A DNA stretch of 64,000 bases, from assembly GCF_009914755.1 (NCBI RefSeq), contig NC_060934.1; one strand, written 5' to 3'. Position 1 is the stretch's first letter. Each line of letters begins with the position of its first letter. The translations under genes were made by a program, and so were the position numbers. Below, in pieces: positions 1 to 18,097 of this stretch. The notes under the pieces are model-generated. The model had not been told where the DNA came from, did not search any database, and was given only the letters and a program-made list of their open reading frames with translations. The DNA is from the human T2T-CHM13v2.0 reference genome, Homo sapiens.

Positions 1-300
<300 letters not shown>

Positions 301-446
301 TCATAGTCTACACATAAGATTTGTGAAAACTGAAGTGATGAAATAGAGCAGCAGGAGTGGACAGGCACTAAAGCCCAAGCTTGATGAAAAGGACAGATTC
401 AGAAGGTTGCACCCAAGTACGCAAGTACTCAGTACTTCAAATGTGG

Positions 447-862
447 TTGTGGGCATTTTATTTATTTATTTATTTATTTTTTTCATCAGCAGATTTTATT
501 AAGAAGAAGAAACAGGAAATTCAAAAGCAAGTTCATTTTAAATTAGCTGGTCAGAAGAGTACAAAGAGAAAAAAAAAGAAAAGAATCAAGAAATCCTATA
601 GGACTTTGGGATTTTTTTTAAATTTTATTATCATTATACTTTAAGTTTTAGGGTACATGTGCACAATGTGCAGGTTTGTTACATATGTATACATGTGCCA
701 TATTGGTGTGCTGCACCCATTAACTCATCATTTAGCATTAGGTATATCTCCTAATGCTATCCCTCCCCCCTCCCCCCACCCCACAACAGTCCCCGAAGTG
801 TGATGTTCCCCTTCCTGTGTCCATGTGTTCTCATTGTTCAATTCCTGATTGTGGGCATTTTA
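447..862 (-). mobile_element. 5'-truncated L1PA 3' end with 3'-transduced segment, bounded by a 14-bp TSD
   Basis: TTGTGGGCATTTTA at 447-460 and 849-862; L1 3'UTR about 612-845; second tail (TTTA)n/T at 461-483; non-L1 sequence 484-611. Confidence 0.85.
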
Positions 863-1055
863 GCAAGATTATTGTCACTGGCCTTAAGCTCATGCCTCTT
901 ATTACTTCGTCTATCTGTCTGGAAATGGTACTGCTCTTCTTTGGAATGGCGTTTCATCATCTGTACATCAAAAGATTTAACTGCATGATTACCACTGTTT
1001 CTTAAACCTTCGTGACTTCTTTACAGCTCAGTTCACCTATGTCTCTTGTTTCTAG

Positions 1056-1238
<183 letters not shown>

Positions 1239-2195
1239 TAACTTTTTTGATCAGTTGGAACTTACATGTGCCTTCTCTGCAGTGGTACAGTTACTCTTTG
1301 TACATGATCAAGAGCACTGTTCTGAATGCCTGTGTTTTCTCCGCTGGTGATACATCCTCATTATTCGGCCAGATTAGTGGGTTTTGGAGAATTAATCCAA
1401 TTCTTCCAAATTGAGAAAGCTGAAGTATAGGTTGGTTGAATTCTGCCTCTAGATACACCACTGAGGTACTCAAGAACTCCTCCTGGAAGATAAAACTAAT
1501 TACATTTTCCTCACTAGCCATGAGGAAGTTATCTCACTCCAGAACTTCACTGAGTGTCTTCCACATGGTGTCCCTCACCCCCTAGGCTGGGCTTGTAGGA
1601 TAAAATTATCCTCAAACACAGAATAGGGTCTTAAGAGGCTCACTTCTGTGTTTGGAAAGCAGAGTAAACAGATCATTGTAGTTCAATAGGACTGAGGCTG
1701 TGATATAGAAAAGAACAGGCTGTTGTGGGTTGGGAGGTAGATGGAAAAGCTGTCTGCTTCTTGTTATCTTATAACCCAAAATGAGACATAAGTAACTAAT
1801 AGCAGTAAAGACATTTAAGCTACATCAAAGGAGTCAGAGAGGATGAAAAGAAGAGAAGGCAGGGCTATTAAAGGAGATAATGAGCCACAGGAGCAGGACA
1901 TTGGCTCTAAATAAAGGATATTAAAACCTTTGCCAAATAACCATGGATGGGATCAGGGGGACATTAAGAATGTAGCAGGATACTCTGCAGTGATGCAGAG
2001 CACCATGCTCTTTCCCTAGTCATGGCAATGTTTTTTGGATGTTTGATCTCCACACGTGAAATGTGTGTGCTGAGCATCTGGTGATAGAATCTCCTTCCTT
2101 TTTCTGTGACCTTTGATGTCTGCTTTATATGTGGCACTGTAGATACCAAGATAACAAGGAAAGAAACCTTCCTTCAAGCATTCACATTTAGCACA

Positions 2196-2576
2196 TGTAT
2201 CAGTCCATTCTTTCATTGCTATAAAGAACCACCTGAGACTGGGTAATTTATGAAGAAAAGAGGTTATTTGACTCACAGTTCCACAGGCTGTACAGGAAGA
2301 ATGGCTGGGAGGACTCAGGAAACTTGCAGTCATGGTAGAAGGCAAAGAGGAAGCAAGCATATATTTTCATGGAAGAGCAGGAGAGAGAGAGCAAAGAGGA
2401 AAGGCTACACACTTTTAAACAACCAGATCTCATGAGAACTCACTCACTATCATGAGAACAGCAAGTGAGAAATCATCCCCTATGATGCAATCACCTTCTA
2501 CCAGGTATCTCCCCCAACACTGGGAATTAGAATTTGACATGAGATTTGGGTAAGGACACAGAGACAAAGCATACCA
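2196..2576 (-). mobile_element. MaLR solo LTR (MST-like) in intron 8
   Basis: TG...CA ends, 5-bp TSD GCACA at 2191-2195 and 2577-2581, typical 'gagactgggtaatttatgaagaaaagaggt' sequence. Confidence 0.85.
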
Positions 2577-2582
2577 GCACAC

Positions 2583-2585
2583 AAA

Positions 2586-2620
<35 letters not shown>
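2583..2620. repeat. (AAAT)n microsatellite
   Basis: About 9 AAAT units, read directly. Confidence 0.95.
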
Positions 2621-2650
2621 GAAATAAGAAATTATGATTCTAGGTGACAC

Positions 2651-3013
2651 ATGCTGTCTGTTTCTTCTGCCATATCAAAATACCCAAGACTAGGCAACTG
2701 ATAAATAACAGAAATTTATTTCTCACAGTTCTGAAGGCTGTGAATTCCAAGATTGAGGTGTCAGCAAGTTCACTGTCTGGTGAGGGCCTGTTCCTTATTG
2801 ATAATACCCCCTCTGTATCCTCATGTGGCAGAAGCACAAAAAAAGCAAAAGGGGAGAAATGGCTCCCTTGCATCTCTTGGTGTTATTATTTTAGCAAGGA
2901 CAGAGCCCTCCTGACTTATTCACTGCCTACAAGGCCTCATCACTTTAGTAATGTTGCACTGGGTATTATGTTTCAACATATGAAATGGGGGGAGGAATAT
3001 TCAGACCATAGCA
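2651..3013 (-). mobile_element. MaLR LTR (MLT1A-like)
   Basis: 'aacagaaatttatttctcacagttctgaaggctg' and terminal 'tcagaccatagca'. Confidence 0.75.
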
Positions 3014-3634
3014 CATTTTTCAATGGAAGCATGAACATGATGTTGAGGAATCCCAGGGAAACGAACATTTTCTTGCTCAGTGAGATGAGAAAGAGAGTAA
3101 AAAAGGAGATAAAATTTGACCTATGTCCTGACTGTGGTAATAGAAAAGTTCATCTTGTTCAAAAGGAGAAGCATGATATAAAACTTGAAACCTAGTGTGT
3201 TGGGGACTGATGATGAGTGGCTATGCCTAGAGTTGAGAGTAGGGGAGGTGAAGAGTGTAAAATGTGATACGGATCATCAGACTGGAAACAGAATGTGAGG
3301 GTCCAGGTCAAGCTATTTGGATCTTATCCCATAGGACAGACAGGGAAGCCATTTAAAGTTTTAAAGTGAGGGGGTAACATGTTTAGACATGTGATTCTGA
3401 AAATACTTAGCGGGAAAAAAATCTTTGGCTGCATACTGAGCCAGAAATACAAAGGGAAATGCCGAATGTGAGCCTCCTCCCCTAAGCCCTTCTCAGTTCA
3501 ACCCACTGGACAGGTAATGTATGTTTCTCAAGAAAGATTTTAATGAATTGCTTGGCATGTAGCTGACAGTCAATAAACATTTGTTGAATACATGGTGCTT
3601 GATAAGATCTGAAGATAGGTGAAGAGTAAGCATG

Positions 3635-3745
3635 TCCATTCATTGTTTAGTTGCCTATCCATCCATTCATCCATTAATCCTTCCACCCATCCATCCTTTC
3701 ATTCATGCATTCACCCAACCACCCATCTATCTACTCATCCCTCCT
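3635..3745. repeat. Degenerate (TCCA)n repeat upstream of exon 9
   Basis: Repeated ATCC/ATTC/ACCC units. Confidence 0.85.
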
Positions 3746-3792
3746 ATGATTCACCGAACAGTTCTTGCATATTCTGTCTGTGCCAGTTATAG

Positions 3793-4041
<249 letters not shown>

Positions 4042-4611
4042 AGAAGCACAGATGGTCTGGCTGCTCCTGTGCTGTCCCTGCAGCTCTCTTTCCTCTGGTC
4101 CAAATTTCACTATCTGTGATGCTTCTTCTGACCCGTCATCTCACATTTTCCCTTCCCCCAAGATCTAGTGAACATTCAGCCTCCATTAAAAAAGTTTCAC
4201 TGTGCAAATATATCTGCTATTCCCCATACTCTATAATAGTTACATTGAGTGCCACATAATGCTGATACTTGTCTAATGTTGAGTTATTAACATATTATTA
4301 TTAAATAGAGAAAGATGATTTGTGTATTATAATTCAAAGGCATTTCTTCTCTGCATGTTCTAAACAAAAAGCATTATTATTTGCTGAGTCAGGTTATTAG
4401 ACCTTCCTTCCTTTGTGCATAATGCAGGTGACAAATTAAAGAAAATAGAGTTCCAGGAGGCCATGCTGGTTCTCAAAACGATAAGGACAGAAAGGACAAA
4501 GGTGAAGATGGTAGGGAAGCTATTTTGGCTGAGCATTACCAAAATTTAGAGTTACATGAGGATTGGATTTGAAAGTGAGAAACTGTGTCCAGGAGCAGCT
4601 CCAACCTCTAG

Positions 4612-4973
<362 letters not shown>

Positions 4974-5131
4974 TAATGTTACTTTAAAGTGTCATTACTT
5001 TATCTCTAAATAAAGAATCAGGTTACTTTTATTACTTCATGTTTCCAACTTAGAATGAAGTAATGAAGTATAAATATATGCTTTCATATTGCTGCTCATG
5101 TGTTTTGTCATGCTTCTCTCTTCAAACATGA

Positions 5132-5528
<397 letters not shown>

Positions 5529-6942
5529 TGATAATTTTATGCTATTGTCCTAATATAATTAGCCTCATGTCATCTCCAAAGCATAGACAACTAAGTATCT
5601 TATGTTAAATTATGTTCACCACTCTTCCTGTCTTCTACTTGAAATGTAAGAAATAAGAAGTAACATAATTGATTATGCTTTTCACAGCTCATCTCCTAGA
5701 ACAAGCTACTTACAATTTGGAATACATTTAAAGATAATATATGGGTACAGATGTACATGTACATCTATGCATGTGTGTGTACATTATGTGCATTCACACA
5801 TAATATATATATGTATAACTTATGCACACATACATATAGGGTTAAATGTTTATTTACAATATTGGGCTCATATCACACATCTTGTATTAAAACTTGCTAT
5901 TTTCCTACCAAGTAATATGCCAGCAAAACCTCTAAGGTGATAGAAACATAGGCAAATAATTCAGAGAGTTAATAGAAGAGAAAGTGGAAATGGGTATTAC
6001 ATTAATGGAAAGATACAGATGGAAATTACACATTATACATTTTAAACATTCTTCATTGGGAAATGAAAATGTATTAATGTAGTGTTAGTAGAGGTGTTGA
6101 CAAACACCCATGGGTGAGATAAATAAAAAAGTTGTCTAGTCTGTTTCCTCCTGGAGACTGTAGTGGATAATCTGTTTTCCTGCCTATTTCAGCTCCTAAA
6201 GGCTGCCTGCATTCCTTGGCTCATGAACTCCTTTTTCTTTCACTCCAAACACTTGCTTCTTTTGTTACATCTCCTACTCCTACTACTCTTATTCTCTCTC
6301 CCTTATGTAAAGACCCTTGTGATTACATGAAACCCACCAGTGTAATCTCTTCATGTCCAGACATTATTTAGCCTACCATACTATTATTATACCCATTTGA
6401 ACAACCAAACAATTGCACTGATGATCTGTTAAGCATCTTGTTCAAGGTCACACAGCTTTTTAAGTGTCAGAGCCAACAATTGGACAAGGGCAATCTGACT
6501 GGAAAGTAGAAGTTGCTAACAACTTTGCTAATTCTCTGCATTTATTTTTATTGTTTGTATTTCTTCCCTAAAATACATATTTCATATGAGAAGAGAACTT
6601 TATTTGGCTCACTAATGAATACCAGCCACCTGAAACACTGTTTAGAAGATACTGGCTCAATAAATATTTAATGAATGAATGACTACTTAATGAATTAATG
6701 AATGAATGTGGGCATAAAGGAGCACGTGAATTTATTTATTCTCTTTTAAGGCCAATGTGACAATATTCATAGAAATGTATATGAACACCTCAGTCCTTCA
6801 AACAGTTTCACTTCTTGAGTATTCATGGATATCATTGAGTGTATATATTACTTACTATATATAAATGCTTATTTTATGATTGTTCATAATAGACTTGAAA
6901 CAAAAATTTTACTGGAGGGTGTGAATAAATTATGGTGGATCT

Positions 6943-9800
<2,858 letters not shown>

Positions 9801-10290
9801 TTTTTTTCTATTGTGGATCTAAAAAATGGAAAAGTAAGCTGTAGTTTCAAATGATTTTCATCATCATATAATAATAAATTATTTATTGTATGGCAGACAC
9901 TATAATCATATGAAAACATTAATTAATTTAGTTCCTATAACAATACAATGAGTTTAGTACAATTGTAATTCATCTCCATTTAACAGATAAAGTCATGGAG
10001 GAACAGAGATGTTTATTAATGTGTCCAATATCATAAGGCCAATAAGTGACACAGCTGGAGTAAACAGAAAGTCTAATTCCAAAGTCTGTTCTCCTAAACT
10101 CTACAGTGTGCTGGGTTTATTTCTGGGGAGTCTCATCTGTACAGTTCTTCTAGGCTCTGGCTGTTAGAGACTTGGTCTCTCTTCCTCCACCTAAAACTAT
10201 CCTGATATCTATATTCTCCTTTCTATTATTCTTCAATGCTATTCCAGATCTGGGTAGGAAAGCCTTAGCTTCACAGTCCCCCAATAATAA

Positions 10291-10797
10291 TGAAATGGGT
10301 GTGTTCCCTTATCCCTCTCAGGATGTGTGACAGGGGTGTGGCTCACTTCCTTGGTGCTTCACTGCTCAAACCGCAAGTGGGAGCATGCTGACAGGCAGGT
10401 ACAGAGGCCATGGGGAGTGCTTTTTAGGCTCTGGCACCACAGCAGCATCTAGGGGTGTCTGTAACTACTGAAGCCCAACCGGGTTGTGTTACAGTGTGCT
10501 CTTTCAACTTTGCTGTCTGCAGATGGCTTGTGTTAATCAGCTCAATTAGACCCTCTGCCTTATCGCAAGGTCAGAGGGCTTTCTGTATCCCAGGTTCTTG
10601 CCCTAGTTACTGGAGAAATCAGATCACATGTGGGTTTGGAGGATGAATGCAAAGTTTTATTGTGTGGTGATGGTAGCTCCTATAGAGGTGAGTGAGGAGT
10701 TAGAAGGGAGATGGTTGGGAAGGTGGTCTTCCCCTGGAGTAGGGCTGGCCAGTGGCTGGACTGTCCTCCAAACAATTCTGGCTGAATTCCCCTCAGC
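10291..10797 (-). mobile_element. ERV1-class LTR (MER48-like)
   Basis: Starts TGAAATGGG; recognisable 'ggggtgtggctcacttcc...gctcaaacc' and 'agagggctttctgtatccc'. Family assigned from memory. Confidence 0.6.
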
Positions 10798-10899
10798 AGT
10801 ATACTACCTGTACCCTGACAACTTATGGAAAAATAAAAAAAGAATAAATAAATTTGTAACATTTAAAAAATAAATAAATAAAACTAATGCCCCCCCCAA

Positions 10900-11870
10900 T
10901 TAAAAGAGCACAGGAAACAACACAAGGGCTTACACAGTGCTAGTAATAATTCCTCTGACCATCCTCCAGAGAGAAAAACCTCTAATTCATTGGATATCAG
11001 GTAGAGTGCTCAAAGCATATTGCCTCAGTAAAGGGGGGAAAATCCATAGGCTAACAGCTGCTCTTGTGTGTTCTAATAAAGTTTAAATACAGCTCTCATA
11101 AGGATAAAACTGGTTTCTAATGACTTAAATACATTTCAGAAGAATACAGAAAAATATTTATAAGATCATATGAATTTTCTGCAGCCTTAACATAAAATCA
11201 CAATGGTTTTTATCCAAAGGAGAGTTATCAGACATGCAAGCAAAAGTGAAGATATGAGAAAAAAAGTAATATATACAAGTAGGTTTAAAAATTACACGAT
11301 GATTGAATTCATGACAAGGAAAATAAGATAGTTATAACTGAATATCTAGATTTCGTATGTTCAAGAAAACAGAGGGAAGACTGGCCATACTACTCATCAA
11401 AGGGGATACATAAAAAAAAACACAGATTGAAAACCTAGAGAAAAAAAATGCAAGGTCTGAAATGAAAAGCACACTGAATATAATTAAGGGCAGATTAGAA
11501 ACTACAAAAGAGATAAGTGAATTCGAAGACATAAGAGAAAAAACTATCTTAAATTAAACAAAGAGAAAAAAAGACTGAAATAAAATGACCAAAAAATAAA
11601 TAAGTGGGGGGACAACTTCAATTAAATTTAAAAATATGCAATCATAGCTCATAAATGTGGGTAAAAAAAGTATGTGAAATATAATGGCTATATTTTCTTC
11701 AAATTTGATTAAAACTATAAGCCAAAAGATCCAAGTAACTCAACAAGCTCTAAGTACAAGAAACATAAAGAAATTTACACGAATGTACCCCATAAATAAA
11801 ATGTATAAAGCCAACCATAAGACAATCTCAAAAGCAACCAAAAAGGATTTTAAATATGGGGGAAATGAAA
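10900..11870 (+). mobile_element. Old L1M ORF1-region remnant
   Basis: A-rich; degenerate ORF1-like peptide (FSSNLIKTISQKIQVTQQ). Confidence 0.55.
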
Positions 11871-11879
11871 TTAAGGTGT

Positions 11880-14185
11880 ATAGTCTTATTTTAGTTCTCT
11901 TTTTGCTTTTTTTAAATGTACACAGTATTAAGTTGATATCAGCTTAAAATAATGGGTTATAAGATAGTATTTGCAAGCTCCATGTAACCTCAAAAAAAAA
12001 GTACAATGGAGACACAAAAGTTAAAAGCAAGAAACTAACTTATATGGCTAGAGAAAATAACCTTCATTAAAAGGAAGACAAGAAAAAAAAAAAGAGGGAG
12101 GAAAAGACCAAAAAACAAACAAAAGCAAATAACAATATGGCAGGGTTAAGTCCTTACTTATCAATAATAACATTGAATGTAAATGGACTAAACTGTTCAA
12201 TCAAACTTCATAGAGTGGCTAAATGGATTAAAAAAGACCCATTGATCTGTGGCTTAAAAGAAACATATTTCACCTATAAAGACGCACATAGACTGAAAAC
12301 AGAAAGATGGAAAAAGATATTCCAAGTCAATGAAAATGAAAAAGGAGCAGCATTGCTATACTTATATCAGACAAAACAGATTTCAACACAAAAACTGTAA
12401 GAGACAAAGAAGGTCATCATATAATGATAAAGGGTTCATTCAGCAAGAGGGTATAACAATTTTAAATATATACACACCCAACACTGAAGCAGCCAGATAT
12501 ATAAAGAAAATATTAGAGCTAAAGAGGGAAATAGGCCCCAATACAATGATAGGAGGAGGCTTCAACTCCGCACTCTCAACATTGTACAGAATTTCAGACA
12601 GAAAATCAATAAAGATACATCAGACTGAATCTGCACTATAGAACAAATATATATAATAGGTATTTACAGAACACTTTATTCAAGAGCTACAGAATACACA
12701 TTCTTTTCTTCAGCACATGGATCATTCTCAAGGATAGACTATATGTTAGGTCACAAAACAATTCTTAAAACATCCACACAATTTGAAAGTATATCAAGTA
12801 TCTTTTTTGACTGCAATGGGATAAAACTAGGAATCAATAACACGGGGAATTTTGGAAACTATACATATACATAGAAATGAAACAGTTTGCTCCTGAATGA
12901 CTAGTGAGTCCATGAAGAGATGAAAAAGGAAAGTGAAAAGTTTCTTGAAATAACTGACAATGGAAACACAACATACCAAAATCTAGGGGCTCCAGCAAAG
13001 ACAGTACTAAGAGGGAAGTTTATAGTTACAAGTTCCTACATCAAAATGATGAAAAACTTCAATAAAAAATCTAATTATGCATCTTAAGGAACTAGAAAAG
13101 CAAGAGCAAACCAAGCCCAAAATTAGTAGTCAAAAATAACTAATAAAGATCAGAGTAGAAATAAATGAAATTGAAACCAGAAAACAATAAAAAAGATCAA
13201 TAAAACAAAAAGTTGGGTTTTTCAAAAAGTTAAAAAAAAAGATGAATCATTAGCCAGACTAAGTAGGAAAAGAAGTTAGAAAATCCAAATGAATGAAATC
13301 AGAAATAAAGGAGATGTAACAACTGATACCAAAGAAATTCAAAGGATCATTAGTGGCTACTATAAGCAATTATATGCCAATAAATTACAAAATCTAGAAG
13401 AAATAAACAAATTCCTGGATATATAGAATGCACCAAGACTGAACCATGAAGAAATAAAAAAGCCTGAACAGATCAATAACAAGTATCAAGATGGAAGCCA
13501 TAATAAAAGTTTTCCACTAAAGAAAGGCCTGGGACCTGACAACTTCACTGCTGAATTCTACCAAACATTTAAAGAAGAATTAATATCAATTCTACTCAAA
13601 AGATTCCAAGAAACAGGATATGGGAAGACTTCCAAAGTCATTCTATGAGTCTGGTATTACTCTGACACGAAAATTAGACAAAGACACATTAAAAAAGAAA
13701 ACTATAGGTCAATATCTCTGATGAATATTGATGCAAAAATCCTCTACAAAATACTAGCAAGGTGAATTCAACAATACATTAGAAAGATCATTCATCATGA
13801 CCAGGTAGGATTTATCCCTCAAATCAATCAATGTGATACATCATATTCACAGAGCAAAGCGTTAAAAACCATATAATCATTTCAATTGATGTTGAAAAAG
13901 CATTTGATGCAATTTAACATCCCTCCATGAAAAAAACCCTCAAAAAACTGGAGATAGAAGGAACATACCTCAACATAAAATCCATATACAACAGACACAC
14001 AACTAGTATCATATTGAATGGGGAAAAAAACTGAAAGCCTTTTCTCTAAGCTCTGAAACACAATAAAGATGCCCACTGTCATCATTGTTATTCAAGATAG
14101 TACTGTAGGTCCTAGCTAGAGCAATCAGACAAGAGAAAGATATGAAGGGGATCCAAATTCAAATGGAAGATGTAAAATTATCTTT
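11880..14185 (+). mobile_element. Old L1 (L1MA-like) ORF2: endonuclease to RT, degenerate
   Basis: [19 protein letters not shown] at 12137; downstream EN and RT remnants with many stops. Confidence 0.85.
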
Positions 14186-16578
14186 ATTTTTTATTTTTTT
14201 CATAAGTTATTGGGGGTACAGGTGGTATTTGGTTACATGAGTAAGTTCTTTAGTGGTGATTTGTGAGATTTTGGTGCATCCATCACCCGAGCAGTATACA
14301 CGGCACCATATTTGTAGTCTTTTATTCCTCACCCCCCTTCCCACCCTTCCCCACAAATCCCCACAGTCCATTGTATCATTCTTATGCCTTTGGATTTTTA
14401 TAGCTTAGCTCCCACATATCAGTGAGAACATACAATGTTTGGTTTTCCATTCCTGAGCTACTTCACTTAGAGTAATAGTCTCCAATCTCATCAGGTTTCT
14501 GCAAATACTGTTAATTCACTCATTTTTTATGGCTGAGTAGTATTCCATCATAAAAATATATACCACAATTTCTTTATCCATTTGTTGATTGATGGACATT
14601 TGTGTTGGTTCCACAATTTTGCAATTGTGAATTGTGCTGCTATAAACATGCGTGCACAAGTATCTTTTGCATATAATGACCTTTTCCTCTGGGTAGATAC
14701 TCTGTAGTGGGATTGCTGGATCAAATGGTAGTTCTACTTTCAGTTCTTTAAGGAAGATCCACACTGTTTTCCATGGTTGTACTAGTTTACATTCCCAACA
14801 CCAGTGTAGAAGTGTTCCCTGATCACCTCATCGACGCCAACATCTACGGATTTTTAATTTTTTGATTATGGCCATTTTTGCAGAAGTGAGGTGGTATCAC
14901 ATTCTGGTTTTGATTTGCATTTCCTTGATCATTAGTGATGCTGAGCATTTTTTCATAAGTTTGTTGGCCATTTGTATATCTTCTTTTGAGAATTGTCTAT
15001 TCATGTCCTTATCCCACTTTTTGTTGGGATTGTTTGTTTTTTTCTTACTGATTTGTTTGAGTTTGTTGTAGATTCTGGATATTAGTCCTTTGCCAGATGT
15101 CTAGATTGCAAAGATTTTCTCCCACTCTGTGGGTTGTCTGTTTACTCTGCTGACTATACCTTTTTCCATGCAAAACCTCTTCAGTTAAATTAAGTCCCAA
15201 CTATTTGTCTTGGTTTTTATTGCATTTGCTTTTGGGTTCTTGGTCATGAAATCCTTGCCTAAGCCAACATCTAGAAGTGTTTTTTTTTTTTCAGTGTTAT
15301 CTTCTAGAATTTCAGATCTTAGATGGAAGTCCTTAATCCGTCTTGAGGTGATTTTTGTATAAGGTGAGAGATGAGGATCCAGGTTCATTCTCCTACATGT
15401 GGCTAGCCAATTACCCCAGCACCATCTGTTGAAAAGGGTGTCCTTTCCCTATTTTATGTTTTTGTTTGCTTTGTCAAAGATCAGTTTGCTGCATTTGGGT
15501 TTATTTCTGGGCTCTCTGTTCTGTTCTATTTTTCTCTTTGCCTATTTTTATACCAGTATCACACTGTTTGGTGTCTATCGCCTTATAGTGTAGTTTGTAA
15601 TCAGGTAGTGTGATGTCTCCAGATTTCTTCTTTTTGCCTAGTCTTGCCTTGGCTATGTGGGCTCTTTTTTGGTTTGGTTCTATATGAATTTTAGAATTTT
15701 TTTTCTAGTTCTGTGAAGAATGATGTGGTATTTTGATGGGAATTGTGTTAAATTTGTAGATTGCTTTTGGCAGTATAGTCATTTTCACCATATTGATTGT
15801 ACCCATCTCTGAGCATCGGATGTGTTTCCATTTGTTTGTCTCATCTACAATTTCTTTCAGCAGTGTTTTGTAGTTTTCCTTGCAGAGGCCTTTCGACTTC
15901 TTGGTTAGGTATATGCCTAAGAATTTTAATTTTTTTGTAGCTGTTGTAAAAGGGATTGGCTTCTTGATTTGATTCTCTGCTTGGTCACTGTGGTGTATAG
16001 AAGAGCTACAGATTTGTGTATATTAATCTTTTATCTGGAAACTTTGCTGAATTCTTTTATCAGTTCCAGGAGCTTTCTGGAGGAGTCTTTAGGGTTTTCA
16101 AGGTAAACGATCATATTGTCAGCAAACAGTGACAGTTTGACTTCCTCTTTGTTGATTTGGATGCCCTTGATTTCTTTCTCTGGTCTTATTGCTCTGGCTA
16201 GGACTTCTAGTACTGTGTTGAGGGGGAGTGGTGAGAGTGGGCATCCTTGTCCTGTTCCAGTTCTCAGAGAGAATGCTTTCAACTTTTTCCCATTCAGTAT
16301 TATGTTGGCTGTGGGTTTGCCATGGATGGCTTTTATTACATTGATTTTGCTGAGGCTTTTAATCATAAAGCGATGCTGGATTTTGTCAAATGCTTTTTCA
16401 GCATCTAGTGAAATAATAATGTGATTTTTGTTTTAAATTCTGTTTATGTGGTGTATCACATTTATTGACTTGCATATGTTAAACCATCCTTGCATCCCTG
16501 GTATGATACCCACTTAATCATGATGGATTATCTTTTTGATAGGCTGTTGAATTATGTTAGCTAGTATTCTGTTGAGAA
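14186..16578 (-). mobile_element. L1PB 3' portion
   Basis: L1PB-type 3' end (cataagttattgggggtacaggtggtatttgg); ORF2 remnants such as [15 protein letters not shown]. Confidence 0.9.
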
Positions 16579-16981
16579 GTATTCTCAAGTGAAGTATATT
16601 TCTAAGTATTCTCTGGTGAAGTGTTCTGGAAGAGGTAAACCACATTTATGCTATAGAGAAAGAATAGTATTTTAAATCTTTCTGAAAAGGAACTCAAATC
16701 TTGTGTTCATGATTTCTGATTTGAAAAGAAGGAAACAAAGTTGAGACAAAAGGATTAAGTGACCTTGTTTACCCACACTGTATGCACCTTTATTCCTGTG
16801 TAAACACAGGACAGGTACACAGCAGCTCTTTTGGTTCTCTGCTCCAAATAATCCCTCCTCTACATCAGGGCTGACAACCACCATCTATAATGAAAGATCA
16901 GATCACCACTGAAATGTTTCCAGTGTCATCTGTGAAGATAGCTGACTGTTAAGGTCAGTGATGCAGAGTAGAGTTATCCAC

Positions 16982-17131
16982 CCTTGGTTCTTCTCAACTC
17001 CCACACAATACAGTGGGCTTCCACTTGAACATGCTTCCCCAGTGCTCCTCTTTACCACCCCACAATTCCACAGGGTCATGAGCAAGAAGGGCCAGATCTC
17101 CTTACATGGCTTTCTGTTGCTAAAAATGATA
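16982..17131 (-). pseudogene. CYP2C58P: CYP2C pseudo-exon 3
   Basis: IIFSNRKPCKEIWPFLLMTLWNCGVVKRS..., frameshift, then ...VQVEAHCIVWELRRTK; gtgg donor. Confidence 0.88.
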
Positions 17132-17304
17132 CTAACAGGAAGGAAACAGAAACAAGGAGGGAGTTCTCATCCAAGAAAGAGGGAACTGATTTTCAACAGC
17201 CACATGGGTGGGCCAAACTCTGTTTTAGGAGCTCTTCAAGTGCCTGTTTTCCATTCCCCTTCTGCCTCATTACCAATACAGACAAAAGGTACACAAACAC
17301 CTAC

Positions 17305-17467
17305 CAACTACTTACTAGTTTTTTTTTTGGATACTGGGAAAATACCTTTTCCAGAAAACTCCTCCCCATGATGAATTAGAGCTTTCTTCAACACTTCATA
17401 TCCATGCAACACCAAGACAAGCTTCATGTCAAAATACAGTGAACACTGGGACATAGACTTTTGAGAA
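17305..17467 (-). pseudogene. CYP2C58P: CYP2C pseudo-exon 2
   Basis: cccag acceptor; [10 protein letters not shown], 2-nt deletion, then [34 protein letters not shown]; gtagg donor. Confidence 0.9.
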
Positions 17468-17604
17468 CTGGGAAAGGAGATGGAAATAACAATAAAACAA
17501 ATCACTATTTGGTTCATATACTATACTTAATTCAGACTGTTATTACCATTGTATTTTGTAAATATTTTATTTTATAATGAACAATCTTAAATATTCCTGA
17601 AATT

Positions 17605-17612
17605 TATATATG

Positions 17613-17692
<80 letters not shown>
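17605..17692. repeat. Compound (TA)n(TG)12(TA)21 microsatellite
   Basis: Read directly. Confidence 0.97.
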
Positions 17693-17696
<4 letters not shown>

Positions 17697-18097
17697 ATGA
17701 TGATTACTATAGTTGCCACTTATGGGTGGCCTACAATGTGCCATGAAATAGCCCAAACAGTAGACAGATTAAAATGAATCCTCACATCAATACTCTCAGC
17801 ACGTTTATTTGCCTTGTTTTGCAAATAAAGAAACTGAGGTCAGAGAATTTCAAATTCATTTTCAGAGTCCTACAGGTGATATATAGAAGATCCATATTTG
17901 AATCTCTACTTATTCAAACTATGTTCAAACTCTGACGCTTGAGCAAATTATCAGTAACCTCAAGGTAATTTTTTTTAGTTACTAATATTTATTGTAATTC
18001 AAAAGTAGCATCATTTTTAATCCTCACATATTTCTATGAGATGAAAATTATTACCAATTTTACAAAGGCAAGATTTTAGTAATAATAAAGGATGGTA

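Noticed and set aside
2644-3195. 183-aa ORF as a novel gene
   Set aside because: Begins at GTG, lies mostly in an MLT1 LTR within intron 8, and has no recognisable domain.
16958-17371. 137-aa + strand ORF
   Set aside because: Antisense shadow of pseudo-exons 2-3 with no independent support.
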